The notes beneath the pieces were generated by a model, which did not search any database, was not told the origin of the DNA, and worked only from the letters and a program-made list of their open reading frames with translations. From Eremomyces bilateralis CBS 781.70 (lineage: Eukaryota): a DNA stretch of 33,011 nucleotides. The stretch's first letter is position 1. Every line of letters starts with the position of its first letter. Shown here in pieces: positions 12,827 through 24,903 of the stretch. The position numbers were made by a program, and so were the translations under genes. The DNA lies in NCBI GenBank assembly GCA_010015585.1, contig ML975149.1. One strand, given 5' to 3'.

Positions 12827-13899
12827 TTACATATCCTCCGATGCGATGGCACCAGTGATAATCTCGACCAGTTCTCCAGTAATGACGGATTGACGGGTTC
12901 GGTTGTAGAGAATCTGGAACTTGTTGATCATATCGTTGGCGTTGCTTGAGGCGTTCTGATATTCGTTAGATGGTCCACCCTATATTAGTGATGATGAATT
13001 ACTCACATCCATGGCATTGCGGCGAGCAGAGATCTCGCAAGCATGGCCTTCGGTGAGTGCCCAGTATAATGAATTGGCAAGAGCATACTCGCGGAGGTTA
13101 GAGAGAGTCTCGTCCTCAATCTCGAAAGCAGCGAAGTTCGCTATCGTCGTCAGTATATATGTAGAGAACGAATGTCAGTTGCCTTACGAGAATTGGCAAT
13201 AGCTTCTTCGGAAAAAGCCTCAACTGTGACTGGCTCATAGCTCGAAGCATTGAGGAACTTGTTGTGCATGATCTTGACGGAAGCATAGTCGGTCGAGAGA
13301 AGCGAGACCTGGTCGGCAATGGCTTGAGCATCGGCATAGGTAGGAACGTTCTTCCCAATGCCAGCAAAGTTGAGAACAACATTTTTGCCATTGGATCGGC
13401 CGAGTTGCGCCTTGCACTTCTCACCGACGATGACGAGCTCGATATCCGACTTCGCTGCCAGCATCCGTCGGGTCGTTCGTGACAAGCCCGAGTGAATACC
13501 ACCACAGAGGCCCTTGTCGGAGCTGCAGACGATGATCAAATCCTTCTTGCCCTCAGCCTCGATCGGCTTCGTCTCAGCCTTCTCGAAGACGGTGTTCGAC
13601 GTTTGACCGTAGGTGCGGGAGTCGGCCATGGCTCGCTGGGCGCGGGTGAGCTTGGTGGAGGCCACGATCTTCATCGTTTTGGTGATCTTCTCGATGTTGC
13701 GGATCGACTTCAGACGGCCCTCGATCTCACGAAGGGTCGCATAGGTCGCGGCATTCGGTGGAGCAACGGTCGCGGGCCTATTTTGATGGACAATTGACAT
13801 CAGTTTCTTCTCTCGATAGATTGTTGGATCGAGTTCGACTTACCGCAACGCGGCAGCCGCGCTGGCTCGGAGAGCGGGTCGAACAGCCGTGGACAGCAT
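12827..13899 (-). CDS. ATP3: Mitochondrial F1Fo ATP synthase gamma subunit, ~302 aa; exons 13899-13844, 13777-13188, 13140-13007, 12955-12827
   Basis: Presequence [83 protein letters not shown]. Three canonical introns; total 909 nt. Confidence 0.97.
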
Positions 13900-14119
13900 C
13901 TTGACCTCCTAAAGGGAACTAGGAGATGATAATTGAAGCTTGAACAGCAAGGCTGCCCGATTCAAGAGTCAATTGGATTGGGTTGATGATGAAGGAGTGA
14001 AGCTCCGTGTGATTGCGAGCTGTTTCCTTTGGAAGTTCCCGTCGTCCCGAGAATTCGACGTTGGTCTGTGCTTGACGCCTTGACACCTTGGTGCCTTGCT
14101 ATCTCCTTACGGTGACTAA

Positions 14120-14180
14120 TCACGTGACCAAGATGCATTTCTCCATTCACATGACCAGTTAATACTATGCCCACGTGACC
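14120..14180. promoter_or_regulatory. Cluster of three E-box-like sites CAC(G/A)TGACC in the ATP3/TOP1 bidirectional promoter
   Basis: CACGTGACC at 14121 and 14172 (reverse complement contains GTCACGTG, the Cbf1 consensus) and CACATGACC at 14148. Confidence 0.55.
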
Positions 14181-14521
14181 TTCTAGACTCCCTCAATTTA
14201 ATGGATCTGTCGCCCACCGAAACGCGACCATCCATCAGTTCATCCACTTTGCTGGAATCGCGCCGAATTATCACCACGCGCTATTCCTCCCCCTTCTCTC
14301 TGATCACTTCGATTTCTCTATCGTTGCAGGGGCATCTGATATCTTACACATTTCATTCATATCACACTGACTTCACCCTTTCATCCTTGCGCATTCCTCA
14401 CCGTTCGCGCCTGTCGTGGTCTACGGCACTGGCTCGATCTTTCAGCTCCTATCGAATCTCCCGTCTCAGTATCACTTCACTTGTATCGCCTCCAAAGCTA
14501 CGGCCTCAATACGAGGCCATC

Positions 14522-17500
14522 ATGTCTTCATCATCCGATGACGATGCGCCTTTGGCGAGAAAGGCACCGAATGGAGGTGAGACACCCTCTCTCCTTCAGT
14601 CCCGACCAGTACTGCAGTCAGCCTTGACTTTACTTTTATCACTGTTCCATCGTTCTACCCATCGGGGCTGACACCCTTTCATATATCCACACGCACTTAT
14701 TGTTCATATTGGACACTTAATCGCTAACTCTCTACGACAGTGACTAAGACCAAGGATCGCATCCTCGGTGCCAAGACGGATAGGCGACCATCCACAAACG
14801 GGACCGCGTACCCTGGGGTTTCAATAAGGCATGGCCCGGTCGACGAAGACGGTGATAGTCCGATGAAAGATCCCTCGCATGTCAATGGAGCTGCCTTAGG
14901 AAAGCGCCGATCGCGTGGGAGTCTCACAAATGGGAAGAGTTACAAGGACCTGAGTGACTCCGAGGAGGCGGACAACAAACCTTTGGTATTTATGGTCCTT
15001 CCACTACAGGAAGCCGTCTTCTAACCTGGGCCTAGACCAAACGTCGCAAAACCTCCAAAGTTCTAGTGGACTCCGATGACGAAGATGACATTCCTCTGGT
15101 ACGCAAAGCCAAGCTGCCACCCAGGGTCGACGCCCGTCAGTTTGGGAACTCATCCGATGATGACGTACCCCTCAATAAGAAGCTTGCGAATGAAAAAGCC
15201 AAGATTGAGAAGCGAGCTGAGCAGACCGCTGAGGCTATCAAATCTGATGCGAAAAAGCTGAAGAAGAAGGCAACGGTGGAAGAGAGCGAAAGTGAGGACG
15301 ATGTCCCACTCGTGAGAAAGAAGCCAGTTTCGAAAGCAACTACCAATGGTGTCAAATCGTCCGCTGCCGCCAAGAAGGCAAAGAGCAAAGCGAAACCCGA
15401 GCCTGCCGTCGCTCCCAAGAAGTCTGCAAAAAAGAAGGCAGAGGAAGAAATGGAAGAGGAGGAGGATGAAGCTGCAGCAGAAGAGGAGTTCAAATGGTGG
15501 GAGCAGCCCGTACAAGGCGACGGTACCAAGAAGTGGACGACACTGGAGCATAATGGAGTCGTCTTTCCTCCGCCGTATCAGCCGCTTCCGAAGAGTGCCA
15601 GGCTCATCTACGCTGGCACTCCCGTGACACTACCTCCGGAGGCGGAGGAGATTGCAGGATTTTATGGTGCCATGCTACACTCCACTGTCAATGTCGAGAA
15701 CCCGACGTTCAACAAGAATTTCTTCGAAGACTTCCAAGCAAAACTTGACGATGTTGGCCATGGAGTGGACGCGAAGGGAAACAAGATCAAGATCAAACGA
15801 TTCGAAGACTGTGACTTCACCAAGATTCACGAGTACTACGTCAACGAGCGGGAAAAGAAGAAGAATCGTCCCGCGGCGGAAAAGAAGGCCGAGAAAGCTG
15901 AAAAAGACGAGGCAGAGGCCCAATACATGTTCTGTACGTGGGATGGTCGCAAGCAGAAAGTCGGCAACTTCCGTGTCGAACCTCCAGGTCTTTTCCGTGG
16001 GCGTGGTGATCACCCAAAGACAGGACGCGTCAAGAAGAGGGTCAATCCCGAACAGATCACCATCAACATTGGTAAAGAGGCAAAGGTCCCCGATCCTCCA
16101 AAGGGTCATCACTGGAAGGAAGTCAAGCATGACCAGGAAGGCACATGGCTGGTGATGTGGCAGGAGAACATCAACGGCGCGTACAAGTACGTGATGTTAG
16201 CAGCGAACTCTGATATCAAGGGTCAGAGCGACTTCAAGAAGTTTGAGAAAGCTCGCGAACTAAAGGTTCGTACAGACTTCTTTTCGGCTTTTGGAACATT
16301 GACTAACATCTTTCAGAAACACATCGCTAGAATTCGAAAGGACTATACCAAAGAACTGAAGTCTGAGGTCATGGCCGATCGTCAGAGAGCCACCGCGATC
16401 TATCTTATCGACAAGTTCGCACTCAGAGCTGGCAATGAGAAAGGCGAAGATGAGGCAGACACGGTCGGTTGCTGTTCGCTCAAATTTGAACACGTCACCT
16501 TGAAGCCACCGAATACCGTTGTCTTCGACTTCCTCGGTAAAGACAGCATCCGGTTCTACGATGAGTTTGAGGTAGACCAGCAAGTGTTCAAGAACTTGAA
16601 GATCTTCAAAAAGGCGCCTAAGAGTGAGGGTGATGAGATCTTCGATCGATTGACCACTTCGGCTCTGAACAAGCACCTCAGCACTTACATGCAGGGGCTG
16701 ACTGCAAAGGTGTTCCGTACCTACAACGCCTCTTGGACGATGGCCAGCCTTTTGAGGGACATGAAGTCGACTGGTACCATCGCGGAGAAGGTCAAGGATT
16801 ATAACGATGCGAACCGCAAGGTTGCCATTCTCTGTAACCACAAGCGCACTGTGGCAGCATCACATGGAACCCAGATTGAGAAGATGCAAGAGAAAATCAA
16901 TGGCCTGCGCTACCAGAAATGGCGTATCAAGATGATGATGCTCGACCTCGAGCCCAAGCTGAAGAAGAAGAAAGGAGCTGACTACTTCAAGCTCGACGAG
17001 GATTTGACCCCAGAATGGCTCGAGCAACATCAAGCCGCACTTGTTGAAGAGCAGCGCCAGAAGATCACGAAGAAGTTTGAGAAGGACAACGAGAAACTCG
17101 TGGCAGACGGTCAGAAGCCAATGAAGCAGAAGGAGCTGGACGAACGTCTTGAGGTCGCCACTGACATGGCGAAGAAGTTCAAGAAGGAGAATAAGACGAA
17201 GAAGGTTGAAGCGGAGGGCAAGGGTGCCTCGGTCGATAAGTTTGAAGCGAACTTGGATAAGTTGGATCAACGGATCGAGACGATGCGAGTGCAGCTGCAA
17301 GATAAGGATGACAACAAGGAGGTTGCCTTGGGTACCTCCAAGATCGTAAGTTTTCACTTCCCCCTTTCGCTCCTCACAAGCTAGTACTAACCGCCCTAAC
17401 AGAACTACATCGACCCGCGCCTCACCGTCGTCTTCTCCAAGAAATTCAACGTCCCTATCGAGCGCTTCTTCTCCAAGACCCTTCGCGAGAAATTCGACTG

Positions 17501-17537
17501 GGCCATCAAGTCCGTCGACGAGGACTGGGAATTCTAA
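14522..17537 (+). CDS. TOP1: DNA topoisomerase IB, ~897 aa; exons 14522-14576, 14741-14985, 15036-16265, 16317-17345, 17403-17537
   Basis: [66 protein letters not shown]; catalytic GTSKI-NYIDPR is split by the last intron. Total 2694 nt. Confidence 0.97.
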
Positions 17538-18149
17538 GCACATCAAGAAATCTCGAAACACCACATTCACATGAAACATCAGTTTTCAATTTTGCCGATC
17601 ACCCCATTTCCAATCTTTTGCATCACGTCGGTGGACTGCTAGATTCCAGTACTTGCATAGCATCGCATCATCTCATGGAGGGCATCGCCCGGGTATGCCC
17701 GAGCAATCGGCGCGTCCAGGCCTGGAGTTTGGGCGACGCGGGAGGTAATGAAAAGTGGTTGATTTGCATTTGCAGGGGTTGGGTTTTCGGGAGATGGAGA
17801 GATGTAGGGGAGGAGATGAAGTCGCCTTCGTATCTACTTACTGGCCTCCTGATTTGCGCTTGCAGATGGAGAGGGAGGCCAGGGTTAAGGTACTGCAAAG
17901 GCGATATTCGAAGGAGCAAATTCGACAGCAAGCAACAGTTCATCATCACAGTCATACTCATCGTTATACTCACGTACACCGGGAGTTGTTCTGAAACCGC
18001 CATAGCTCGCAAGAAAACGGAATCTTTCCAGAATTTCTCTCCTCACCTCTTCGTCAGTGAATTTCCCATCCTTTAGGTGATCTTCATCCATTCTGTACCG
18101 CATCAAAAAGCAACTATTGAATATATTCAACTGATCTCCTTTCAAGTAT

Positions 18150-18186
18150 ATCATCTGCACAGCAATCATCTGTACAGCCATCATCT
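18150..18186. repeat. Imperfect 15-bp tandem repeat (ATCATCTG[C/T]ACAGC[A/C]), about 2.5 copies
   Basis: atcatctgcacagca atcatctgtacagcc atcatct, read directly. Confidence 0.6.
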
Positions 18187-18672
18187 TGTGTTCCGCAATG
18201 ACCTACTCACTATATCAATCTATTTCTGACGTACTTTCCGAGACCACCCCTTTATCTATGCCAAATTGTCCTTGTTCTGAATAAGAAGCGTACCTATATA
18301 CTGGTTCATTATTCCCAGTTTATTCCGCCTTCCGATTCTCTCAACGACTTCTAAATCATTTACAGTCATTCAGAACGGCAGTATCGAGATGCACACCAAT
18401 TTTTCAGGGGAAATATTCCCGGTTGCAACATCCTGTCTGTCTAGAATTTTAAATAGAATGGAAGGACATTGCGCTCCGTCGCAATCTTCTGGGCAGTGCA
18501 GGCGGGTATTATAGGGGACGAACGCACCCTCTGCTAAGGTAGGTATCGACAGCGTCGATATTTGCAAGAGCAAAAATCCAGATCGAATCCAGACGAATGA
18601 AGACTTTAGTAATACTCCATTGAACATGATCTACTGTGTATGATGCGCGGCATCATCGAGATATCTCGTACC

Positions 18673-20264
18673 TTAATTTTTGTGAATGGTTATTCCGAAG
18701 AGGGTCTTTTGCCTCGGCTTCCAGCACACTGCTACCGTACAACTTCCCGCATCTAACGCTTCAAGCAAAGTAAATAACCACCTGTACCCCATAGCACTGA
18801 CTAACGGATCAAGGGCAGCAATCACTCCTGCAGCTAAAATGCACCGAGTAATCTTGTTTGATTCGGCCGCAGTTCCTGGGGCATTAGGGAATATGTCCAC
18901 AATCAAAGCACTAAAGGTTTGGAGAAGAATCGTACATTTGCAAGCAATATACCCCTGTAAGAAGAGCAGGATGACGGAGTACAGGATGCGCATGCCTTTC
19001 GACGGCCCATCCGTATCCGACAACCACACACATAGATACCAAAGTTATGGTGATCCGCCTTCGAGAGCGCGCGTGTTCGATCGGAAACTGCGATATATCA
19101 TCTCCACGAACACAATCGACGGAGAATCCTATTTCCTTAGCAACCTGCTTGTAGTTTCTGTCCATCAATGCGCGTGCAATGAACCCCACGAGAATGATCC
19201 CGAGTCCGCCAGCCAGAAAACAGAGTCCTACTTCTAGTGGATTGTTGCCATGATGCAGAGTAAATATTGGAGTGAGTGAGGTTTGTACGTAGAACCAGAG
19301 TGCATACAGAGAATCAGCGAGCCAGAGAGTAAGAAATGTGTCGAAGAATAACAGACGGATGGAAGGAATAGGGTTGGGCATCATGAAGGTCGCCCTTCCA
19401 ATAAGGTTCGCATTGGTGGTCAAAGTCGGCACTGTCACCACGTTGTCCAGGGATATAGCATCAGTTATGCTCTCATGTATGGATATTCCATTCCCCTGTG
19501 AATTTGATCTGGTTCGTCCTCGTAACTTGATCTTTGCAACAAAACTCCACCATGTTCGCCATACCATGCCAGCCGCGGGAACTGCGCCACTCCCAACTAT
19601 AGTCCGTCCGGTCTCTAGCATGGCCCATCCAATGAATAGCACCTCTGGTCCACCAAATATCAGGAGAGTTCGAAAACACCATCTTGGATCTCCGGTGGCC
19701 AACGCGGTTCCACCACCAATGATCGGACCTATACAAGGTCAGATATTGGTCGCCGTGAGCGTTGGCATCAGATAGGTGCCCCTCTCCGAGTGAACTATAG
19801 TATCTACGACAATAGCATTGGTGAGCGAAGGCATTGAAGAACCGCCAATGCTTTGGATTGCTCTGAAGACAAGGAGCGTCGTATAGCTTCGATCCACGAT
19901 TGACAGCACCAAGTAGCTATAGTGTAAACTGTGAACGTGGCCAAATACACCGGTCGCCGTCGAATGAGTCAGAGAGCGGCGACCAAAATGAAGGAGCAAT
20001 GCCTTGGAAAACTACGAACAGAGTGATGATGGTCAGATTCATGGCCTGGAGTGGGGTTCCTTATCTGTTGCTCAGAAGATCGAGGGTTGGAAAATAAATA
20101 TTTGCGGTTAGAGAAGATACAAGCGCGAGATAGCCTAGCAAGCAGACTAGAAGCCGCCGCTGCGAAACAGTTCAGATTGTATATTGGGACGGCGACTCGG
20201 GAATGCCATCCAACTCTGGAGCCTCTGAAAGTAGTGCCGTGGCGATCTCCCTGTTTTTATCCAT
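18673..20264 (-). pseudogene. MFS drug:H+ antiporter (DHA1/QDR-like) pseudogene
   Basis: Fragments SSLTANIYFP, QGIAPSFWSPLSDSF(G)RRPVY, LLVFRAIQSIGGS, SERG, NI*PCIGPIIGG, ETGRTIVGSG, FPIEHARSR, ALIVDIFP...GTAA, TRC. In-frame stops at 20172-20174, 20061-20063 and 19739-19741; frameshifts near 19960, 19912 and 18980; C-terminus looks truncated. Confidence 0.88.
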
Positions 20265-20671
20265 GTTTCACACGCCGAAAATGCCAAAATGCCGAAATAT
20301 ACCTCGTCACGATATAATGATTTGGGTTGTTGAATATTGGTGCGAGTTGTGGCTTTGTGAGTCATTCTAGCTTTTAATGTTGGTGATAGTACGAGTTTTA
20401 GGGGCAAGACCTCTTACTCCGTTGACACTGCAATTCTTTTCGATGTTCCATTGCTCTATGGATACTGACACCCAAGAATACTAATCATTTTATCAATCCT
20501 GGACTGGCAATAATTGACTCTTACCAAAACGTTCAAACGGGGATAGACCTGCAAAGTAGAAATTGACCGAATGATCTGAAATTCCTGGTACTCATACATC
20601 CGGGTATCATTGTCTAAATTAGAAAACACCCCTAAGAATTGGTGAAAATAATTCTTCTATCGATCATAAAC

Positions 20672-23376
20672 TCATTCATGACAGGCAAGTTCTTCAGAAG
20701 AACAGTTGCTGCAAAACTCACGACCGCAAGCAAGACATGCCGAGTATACCTTCTTGAGGTACGGTCCCGAGCCACAACAGCAGATGTGAGCGCTGTCACC
20801 TGCGGCACGCTCCATCCGCAGTGAATATAGCGCAGATGGTGCGATTGCTGTTGTTGATGCCGTTCTCATCTCTCGTCGAGGAGTTTTAGGGGGACGAGGT
20901 GGCATCTCTACTGGCGACTCATTTTCCCTCCCTCGCTTCTTGCCGACCTCCTCATTCTCCCTTAATATCGTAGTCTTCTCTTCCTTTCTCTCCCCTTTTA
21001 GCTTATTCTCCTCAACACACAACCAAGAATCCACCCGCTTTCCCTCCTTATTAATATGTTCATCAATGTGGGTAAACCGCATCTCCCACGCCTCCGCACC
21101 CGTCCCCTCGGCAGAGAGAATGGTCCGACAGAACCCGCACCAGAAGCGAACTTGACCGTTCCGTCCAATACGGCATTTCTCAACTTCTTCCTCGACCTTG
21201 CTTGCAGAACGGTCGTGCTCCTTGACAAGGTGAGTCAGGTATTCCTCCTTATGGAAGAAGGGCCGCGCGCAGAATTCAGGGAGTCGACCTCGGGCTGGCT
21301 GCTGACACCGCCAGAGCTCCGATTGGAAATGCTGTGAGTTCTCATGTCGTTTCCAGTCGGATTTGCTGCCGAAAGTCTTGCTGCAACGGGGAAAGGTGCA
21401 ACCATACGGACGGCGATGGCGTTTCTTGTGTTTGCTGAGGGCGAGTGATTAGTCATTTGGTCGAGGACAATGTAGAAGGAGCTCACATACTTCATGTCAC
21501 ATTGTCGATCTGTTGACTTGGAGCATTCATTGCATTGCAGTTTCTTTGTAGTGGATGCCTCAGAGGTCATCGAGGATTTGGACTTTGTGGATTTGGATAG
21601 CTTAACAGCGTTCAGCTTCACAATTTGCAAAATTTTTTGCAATTTCTCGCTGCCGACGATGTTTTTCAATTGCTCCTCAATCTCGTTCAAATTTGTCAGA
21701 TTGGACTTTTCCTGCTCATTTGGCGCGGAAGTGTCCTCATTTTCATCATTTCTCTCCATGCCAGTCGGTAAGCCCTCGCACATCTCTGTCATGTCTCCAG
21801 GCCCATCAAGTGTCATGGGCGTGGTCGAATTGGAAATCGGAGCAGTCGTCCCTATCCCAGGAGACCGATCGAGCCTCCCACCCAAGGGTGTCGTCGAATG
21901 GCCCTGAAGAGAAGTATCAATCGAAACCGCCCCTCTTTCAGTCACGGAGATATGATCCACACCTGGGCTGATGGGAGCTATTAAGGTCTCCTGGGTCCTT
22001 GCATAGACGCCGTTGGTATATAAATCAGACGCGGAATACTGGAGCCCACTTGTCCTCCCACTCGGTGTGTCTTCGGTATGTGTGACAAGAATATCCGGAG
22101 CAGGTCTGGGACTAACTCCTGAAGCTCCTCCAATGCCAATCAAGACATCTTCCATATTCTGTTCATCAGTCTTGGTGTCATGTCCTGGAAACCGAGCCAC
22201 AGACTCCTGATTGGCCGTTTTGGCACTGTCCATGGTTGTCAGCGAAATGTGGTTGACTGAATATCCAAGAACACGAACCTCTCCAGTAATTCATCAACAT
22301 CCTGATCATCGTGTATTTTCTTGACATGATTCTTGAAGTTGTCCCATCGCGGCCAGGGTTTGTTGCGTTTATTGCAGTTCTTCGCTGGGCAGTACCAGTA
22401 TCCACGACCGTCCTCGATACCGTGTTTGGTCTTCTGGTGCCGTGCAAGATCATTCTTAGTGGAGTAACCCTCTGACCGACCACACAGCTCGCACTTGAAG
22501 GGTTTTTGGTGCTTTTGCATATGTTTCCTGTATAATCTTAGTTACTGTCTCGGTGCAGAGCGACTATGTACGCACGTATACTCAGATTGGTTATTGCATG
22601 GGCGACTACAGATTTCGCAATTTTTAGGGACGCTTCTCCGGTATGAGGTTCGGCGCGTACCGGTGGTGCTTGGAGGTCGTGCAGATGCCTTTTCTTGGTT
22701 CATTTCTGAAGGCTCAGCACCCGTTTTCCGGTTCCCAAGCCCCTCGTCCAGGTCTGGATACTGAGATTGAACCTCATCTTGACCACCACTGAGTTCCGTA
22801 GTGGCAGATGTGTCCTGATATTGACCAGACACGTAGCTGGATCCCCCTTTCTCAGAACTGGAGCTCGATCGTGCCCTTTGGTTTGGCGACAACAATTGCG
22901 CTCGAGGGAAAACATCATGAGGCGTTAGACTCTCCCCATAAGTCTGAGGTGCAGAAATGGTAGACACAGCATATTCCTGTTGCTGCTGCAGTGAATTCCA
23001 TGGCCCTAAATCGAATTGGTAGCGACTCAGCGCAGAACTGCCGTATATGCTTGGATTATGGTGGCTGGTAAAGTCCTGAACCGATATCTCTTCAAAGTCC
23101 GCGCTTGGAAACGAATTGGCCACATGTGGGTAAAACTGTTGGGATGTATGGTTTGTGTATGGAGCCGGGGAGATGCCCATGCGAGAAGAATTTTCTGGAA
23201 TACTCATATCCTCCTGTCTCGGCCATGGGGGTGGAGAATGGCTGATGTTGGCATCGCTTGCCTGTACCAAATTGTCAAAGACGAGCCAAAAATAGATAGA
23301 ATATGGTGCACCCTACACGACGCATATGTGATATTCGGTGAGAATGCTGTTCCTGGTATCTAGACTGCTCTGCCAT
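20672..23376 (-). CDS. Multi-C2H2 zinc-finger protein (putative transcription factor), ~830 aa; exons 23376-23317, 23261-22576, 22527-22279, 22225-21491, 21434-20672
   Basis: Finger cluster 1: CEICSRPCNNQSEYTKHMQKHQKPFKCELC...NDLARHQKTKH...CPAKNC...DNFKNHVKKIH. Cluster 2: CNECSK...KHKKRHRRPYGCTFPRCSKTFGSKSDWKRHENSQH...FWCGFC...HIDEH. Cys-rich C-terminus. Four GT-AG introns give 2493 nt; first exon less certain. Confidence 0.82.
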
Positions 23377-24903
23377 TCGGAATCGCCTGCAAGCTTCCGT
23401 ATATCTGCTAACACCGACGATTCGGAGTGGGTATGGTCTGAACTTCTGCCTCAAGTCAGACAAGGGCAAGCAAGATTCTAGAAAATATTAAAGTGGCGGG
23501 TGAAGGCAGACACAGAGAATAAATAGCAAAGCCTCGAGGCCTAACGTTATGAAAATCAACGTACCTGGAATGCGACTGAGAAATCCAGTCCAGCTAGCTG
23601 TACAGAGTAGAATAAGTCAAAGTTATGTCCAGCCAGCCGTGTTCAGGACATGAAACAGTTCGTGCAAAGGTCGAAGGTCGGATTGGGGATGAGGTTAATT
23701 ATCTTCTCGTCCCAACTTTCCTCACCGCCGGTACCTAGGCTGACAGAGCAAGTCAAGGGCAAGCCGGTGAGCGCCTTCGAGGCTCCATACAGAGGGTGCA
23801 TCGGGTAACAGTTAGAGAGTGAGGCATGCATGCAGGAGGAGGAATCAGGCGAAGGGATGGACGAGACAAAAGGCTTAAAAGGCAACCGGAAGACCCGCGC
23901 CGGAAAGAGAAAGCGACATACCATTTAAGAACATCCCTAAACGTTGACCTTATTCAAGAGCCCGGCCCAATAATTGAGTCCATCGCTTCCATCGAATGCG
24001 TCAGTGCCACATGGAGTTTCTGTAACCATTCATCTGCGTCATACAAATTCGCTATACGCTGTGACCAGGGTAGAATCTGCCTGGGATCGTACAAATGACC
24101 CATATTCGTCCATAGACGAATCATGTTAAGGATTCTAAAGCCGTTGGATTGGGATTCTGGGAGTTAATGCGGACTGAGTCTCTTGTCAGCGGCCTCCTCG
24201 CGGGAATGTGGGTGGAGATGCGGCCTTTCAGCCAACCACAGGGGAGGAGGAATGCCACCTGGAGGGCGAAAAGGGCGGCCTCCCAACGGACAAAGTGCTT
24301 CATTCGTGAATGCGGCAGTAGGTATGTATCGGAACTCGCCAAGTACAGCAGGGGGCTGTGCAACAAATTTGAATCCGAAGGGAGTGAAACAGGTTTGTTC
24401 AGCATATTAAGATAATGATATTGAGATTGGATAGTGAGTGCTCTGTGTATGTATAACCAGTTCGTTTTGAGATTAGAGACCACCTGCACCACGATTTTGT
24501 GACCTTGTCATATAAGCGGCCTCATTATTCAGGACCCGACACGAAGTTACATGTGTAAATGATCAAGATATTGGCCGTTACGCTCACTGGCCTTAAACGT
24601 TACTGGTATCAAATCGTAGCATCGTAGAACAAAGAAAATGCCCCAATAGCGAGCGTACAAGTCATCCGTGAACTTCCACCGCCCCAATGACTGTAATCTC
24701 CTCCAGTCTATCTTCGTGCTGCCCAAAATGAAATGCCTAGCGCCTAAGGCTAAAACTCCTCCGGCCCGGCGGCTGTTCATCTTTCTCACCGGTCACCCCC
24801 TGCACCGCCTGCATTGGCATACTTGCTGATCGTGGCGGTAGAAACCCGCTCTATGGCATCGATCTCATGATCAAGATCCTTTCCACTATCCGCGTCGCAT
24901 TCC

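Noticed and set aside
14201..14521. In-frame upstream ATG extending TOP1 exon 1 by 107 codons
   Set aside because: Pyrimidine-rich, leader-like sequence that begins right next to the promoter E-boxes; [11 protein letters not shown] at 14522 is the typical Top1 start.
16260..17579. Antisense ORFs of 193 and 239 aa inside TOP1
   Set aside because: They mirror the sense codons; no independent motifs.
17618..18627. Short ORFs downstream of TOP1
   Set aside because: No recognisable motif or consistent splice model.
18673..20264. Stop codons rescued by A-to-I editing or readthrough in the MFS and dynamin genes
   Set aside because: Both also carry several frameshifts, which editing cannot repair.
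20278..20293. Perfect 8-bp duplication AAAATGCC upstream of the MFS pseudogene
   Set aside because: No junction modification, no fit to the target pattern, and no reading frame to test an insertion; slippage or chance.
23643..24860. Short ORFs between the two zinc-finger genes
   Set aside because: No domain or codon signal; consistent with UTR and promoter sequence.
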